23,179 nucleotides of DNA. It comes from Utricularia gibba. Lineage: Eukaryota > Plantae > Magnoliophyta. The notes under the pieces were generated by a model. The model was not told the DNA's origin and did no database searches. It saw only the letters and a list, made by a program, of their open reading frames with translations. Position numbers and translations under genes: made by a program. Shown here one piece after another: positions 20,847-23,179 of this stretch (position 1 is its first letter; every line of letters starts with the position of its first letter). The stretch lies in NCBI GenBank assembly GCA_002189035.1, contig NEEC01000202.1:1-23179 (forward strand). Reading direction: 5' to 3'.

Positions 20847-23179
20847 ATATGCGATCAAGATGGAAAAAAGTCACATGTTACATCATGAATTTCGTGCATC
20901 ACTTATCCCAACACTGTTGTATACTCAGGATATGCGTAAATATTTATTTTTAACAAATCCGGTGCACGTGTGATTTTTCGGCTGCATCCCGAATGGTGAT
21001 GCGCAATGAAATGACTATGTCGCACATCCTGGTCCACGAAGCACCTCTTCGAAAACATGTAGAGCCTTACTCTTCATAGCACACCATTGGAAGCTTTATT
21101 CGTGCTTCAAGTAATATCATATGAGTTACGTTTTCCGATAACTTGGACATATTAAAACAACCTCAACGAAAAGTGTCTTCCGTGTCCTTCCTTGGTGCTG
21201 CGTCTAAATGTGCTTCTCGTTCTCGACATTGATGCAAATGGATACACGGCAAAAGAATCAAATAGCCACTAGAGACATGGTGTAGGAATGGTGCATCAAG
21301 AATCAGAAGTATCATAGCAACTAATTGAATCAATCAACAGCCAAAACATATGTGTCAAACTTCATCGATATGCGATCAAGATGGAAAAAAGTCACATTTA
21401 CATCATGAATTTCGTGGCATCACTTATCCCAACACTGTTTATACTCAGGATATGCGTAAATATTTATTTTTAACAAATCCGTGCACGTGTGATTTTTCGC
21501 TGCATCCCGAATGGTGATGCGCAATGAAATGACTATGTCGCACATCCTGGTCCACGAAGCACCTCTTCGAAACATGTAGAGCCTTACTCTTCATAGCACA
21601 CCATTGGAAGCTTTATTCGTGCTCCAAGTAATATCATATGGAGTTACGTTTTTCCGATAACTGTGACATATTAAAAACAACCTCAACGAAAAGTGTCTTC
21701 CGTGTCCTTCCTTGTGGCTGCGTCTAAGAATGTGCTTCTCGTTCGACATTGATGCAAATGATACACGGCAAAAGAATCAAATAGCCACTAGAGACATGGT
21801 GTATGGAATGGTGCATCAAGAATCAGAAGTATCATAGCAACTAATTGAATCAATCAACAGCCAAAACATATGTGTCAAACTTCATCGGATATCGATCAAG
21901 ATGGAAAAAAGTCACATGTTACATCATGAATTTCGGCATCACTTATCCCAACACTGTTATACTCAGGATATGCGTAAATATTTATTTTTAACAAATCCGG
22001 TGCACGTGTGATTTTTCGCTGCATCCCGAATGGTGATGCGCAATGAAATGACTATGTCGCACATCCTGTCCACGCACCTCTTCGAATACATGTAGAGCCT
22101 TACTCTTCATAGCACACCATGAAGCTTTATCGTGCTCAAGTAATATCATATGGAGTTACGTTTTCCGATAACTGTGGACATATTAAAAACAACCTCAACG
22201 AAAAGTGTCTTCCGTGTCCTTCCTTGTGCTGCGTCTAAAAATTGCTTCTCGTTCTCGACATTGATGCAAATGGATACACGCAAAAGAATCAAATAGCCAC
22301 TAGAACATGGTGTAGGAATGGTGCATCAAGAATCAGAAGTATCATAGCAACTAATTGAATCAATCAACAGCCAAAACATATGGTGTCAAACTTCATCGGA
22401 TATGCGATCAAGATGGAAAAAAGTCACATTTACATCATGAATTTCGTGGCATCACTTATCCCAACACTGTTGTATACTCAGATATGCGTAAATATTTATT
22501 TTAACAAATCCGGTGCACGTGTGATTTTTCGGCTGCATCCCGAATGGTGATGCGCAATGAAATGACTATGTCGCACATCCTGGTCCACGAAGCACCTCTT
22601 CGAAAACATGTAGAGCCTTACTCTTCATAGCACACCATTGGGAAGCTTTATTCGTGCTTCAATAATATCATATGGATTACGTTTTCCGATAACTGACATA
22701 TTAAAAACAACCTCAACGAAAAGTGTCTTCCGTCCTTCCTTGGTGGCTGCGTCTAAATGTGCTTCTCTCTCCGACATTGATGCAAATGATACACGGCAAA
22801 AGAATCAAATAGCCACTAGAACATGGTGTATGGAATGGTGCATCAAGAATCAGAAGTATCATAGCAACTAATTGAATCAATCAACAGCCAAAACATATGG
22901 TGTCAAACTTCATCGGATATGCGATCAAGATGGAAAAAAGTCACATGTTACATCATGAATTTCGTGCATCACTTATCCCAACACTGTTATATACTCAGAT
23001 ATGCGTAAATATTATTTTTAACAAATCCGGTGCACGTGTGATTTTTCGGCTGCATCCCGAATGGTGATGCGCAATGAAATGACTATGTCGCACATCCTGG
23101 TCCACGAAGCACCTCTTCGAAAAACATGTAGAGCCTTACTCTTCATAGCACACCATTGGAAGCTTTATTCGTGCTCCAA
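20847..23179. other. Error-rich terminal segment of the array (copies 40-44), probably low-quality read or consensus
   Basis: Unit lengths fall to 521, 521, 511 and 517 nt. Many scattered 1-3-nt deletions are mostly not shared between adjacent copies, compared with 0-2 events per copy upstream. Confidence 0.85.

Larger units (their letters stand above)
1..23179. repeat. Head-to-tail tandem array of a 535-bp unit, 43 full copies plus a 263-nt partial copy
   Basis: The unit starting ATATGCGATCAAGATGG recurs at 1, 535, 1070, 1603, 2137 ... 20313, 20847, 21368, 21889, 22400 and 22917. The ORF track shows the same ORF at 533-535-nt spacing. There are no inversions or unique insertions, and the array runs off both window ends. 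Confidence 0.99.

Noticed and set aside
1-23179. DRT2/Neo-type concatemer encoding a never-ending ORF
   Set aside because: The unit is 535 nt (not a multiple of 3), every frame on both strands has multiple stops, and no RT gene or ncRNA locus is visible.
1-23179. CRISPR array
   Set aside because: There is no short repeat alternating with unique spacers; the entire 535 nt is repeated.

Overview
The whole 23,179-nt window is one head-to-tail tandem array of a single 535-bp unit (~41% GC): 43 complete copies plus a 263-nt partial copy, all in the same orientation, with no unique flanking sequence. Copies 1-39 (1-20846) are ~99.9% identical. The differences I found are about 19 small deletions (mostly 1 nt in homopolymers), one 1-nt insertion and one substitution. 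Copies 40-44 (20847-23179) lose 14-24 nt per full copy, which looks like falling read or consensus quality. No recognisable gene, rRNA, tRNA, CRISPR array or transposase is present, and the repeated 64-aa ORF has no protein evidence. The simplest reading is a rolling-circle concatemer (biological or produced by amplification/assembly) of a 535-nt non-coding circle; a very recently amplified chromosomal satellite cannot be excluded. The unit carries a minus-strand stem-loop with TATGATATTAC in its loop (one mismatch from the geminivirus origin loop TATAATATTAC), iteron-like short repeats and a series of roughly co-axial inverted repeats. These suggest, but do not prove, a non-autonomous small circular replicon.
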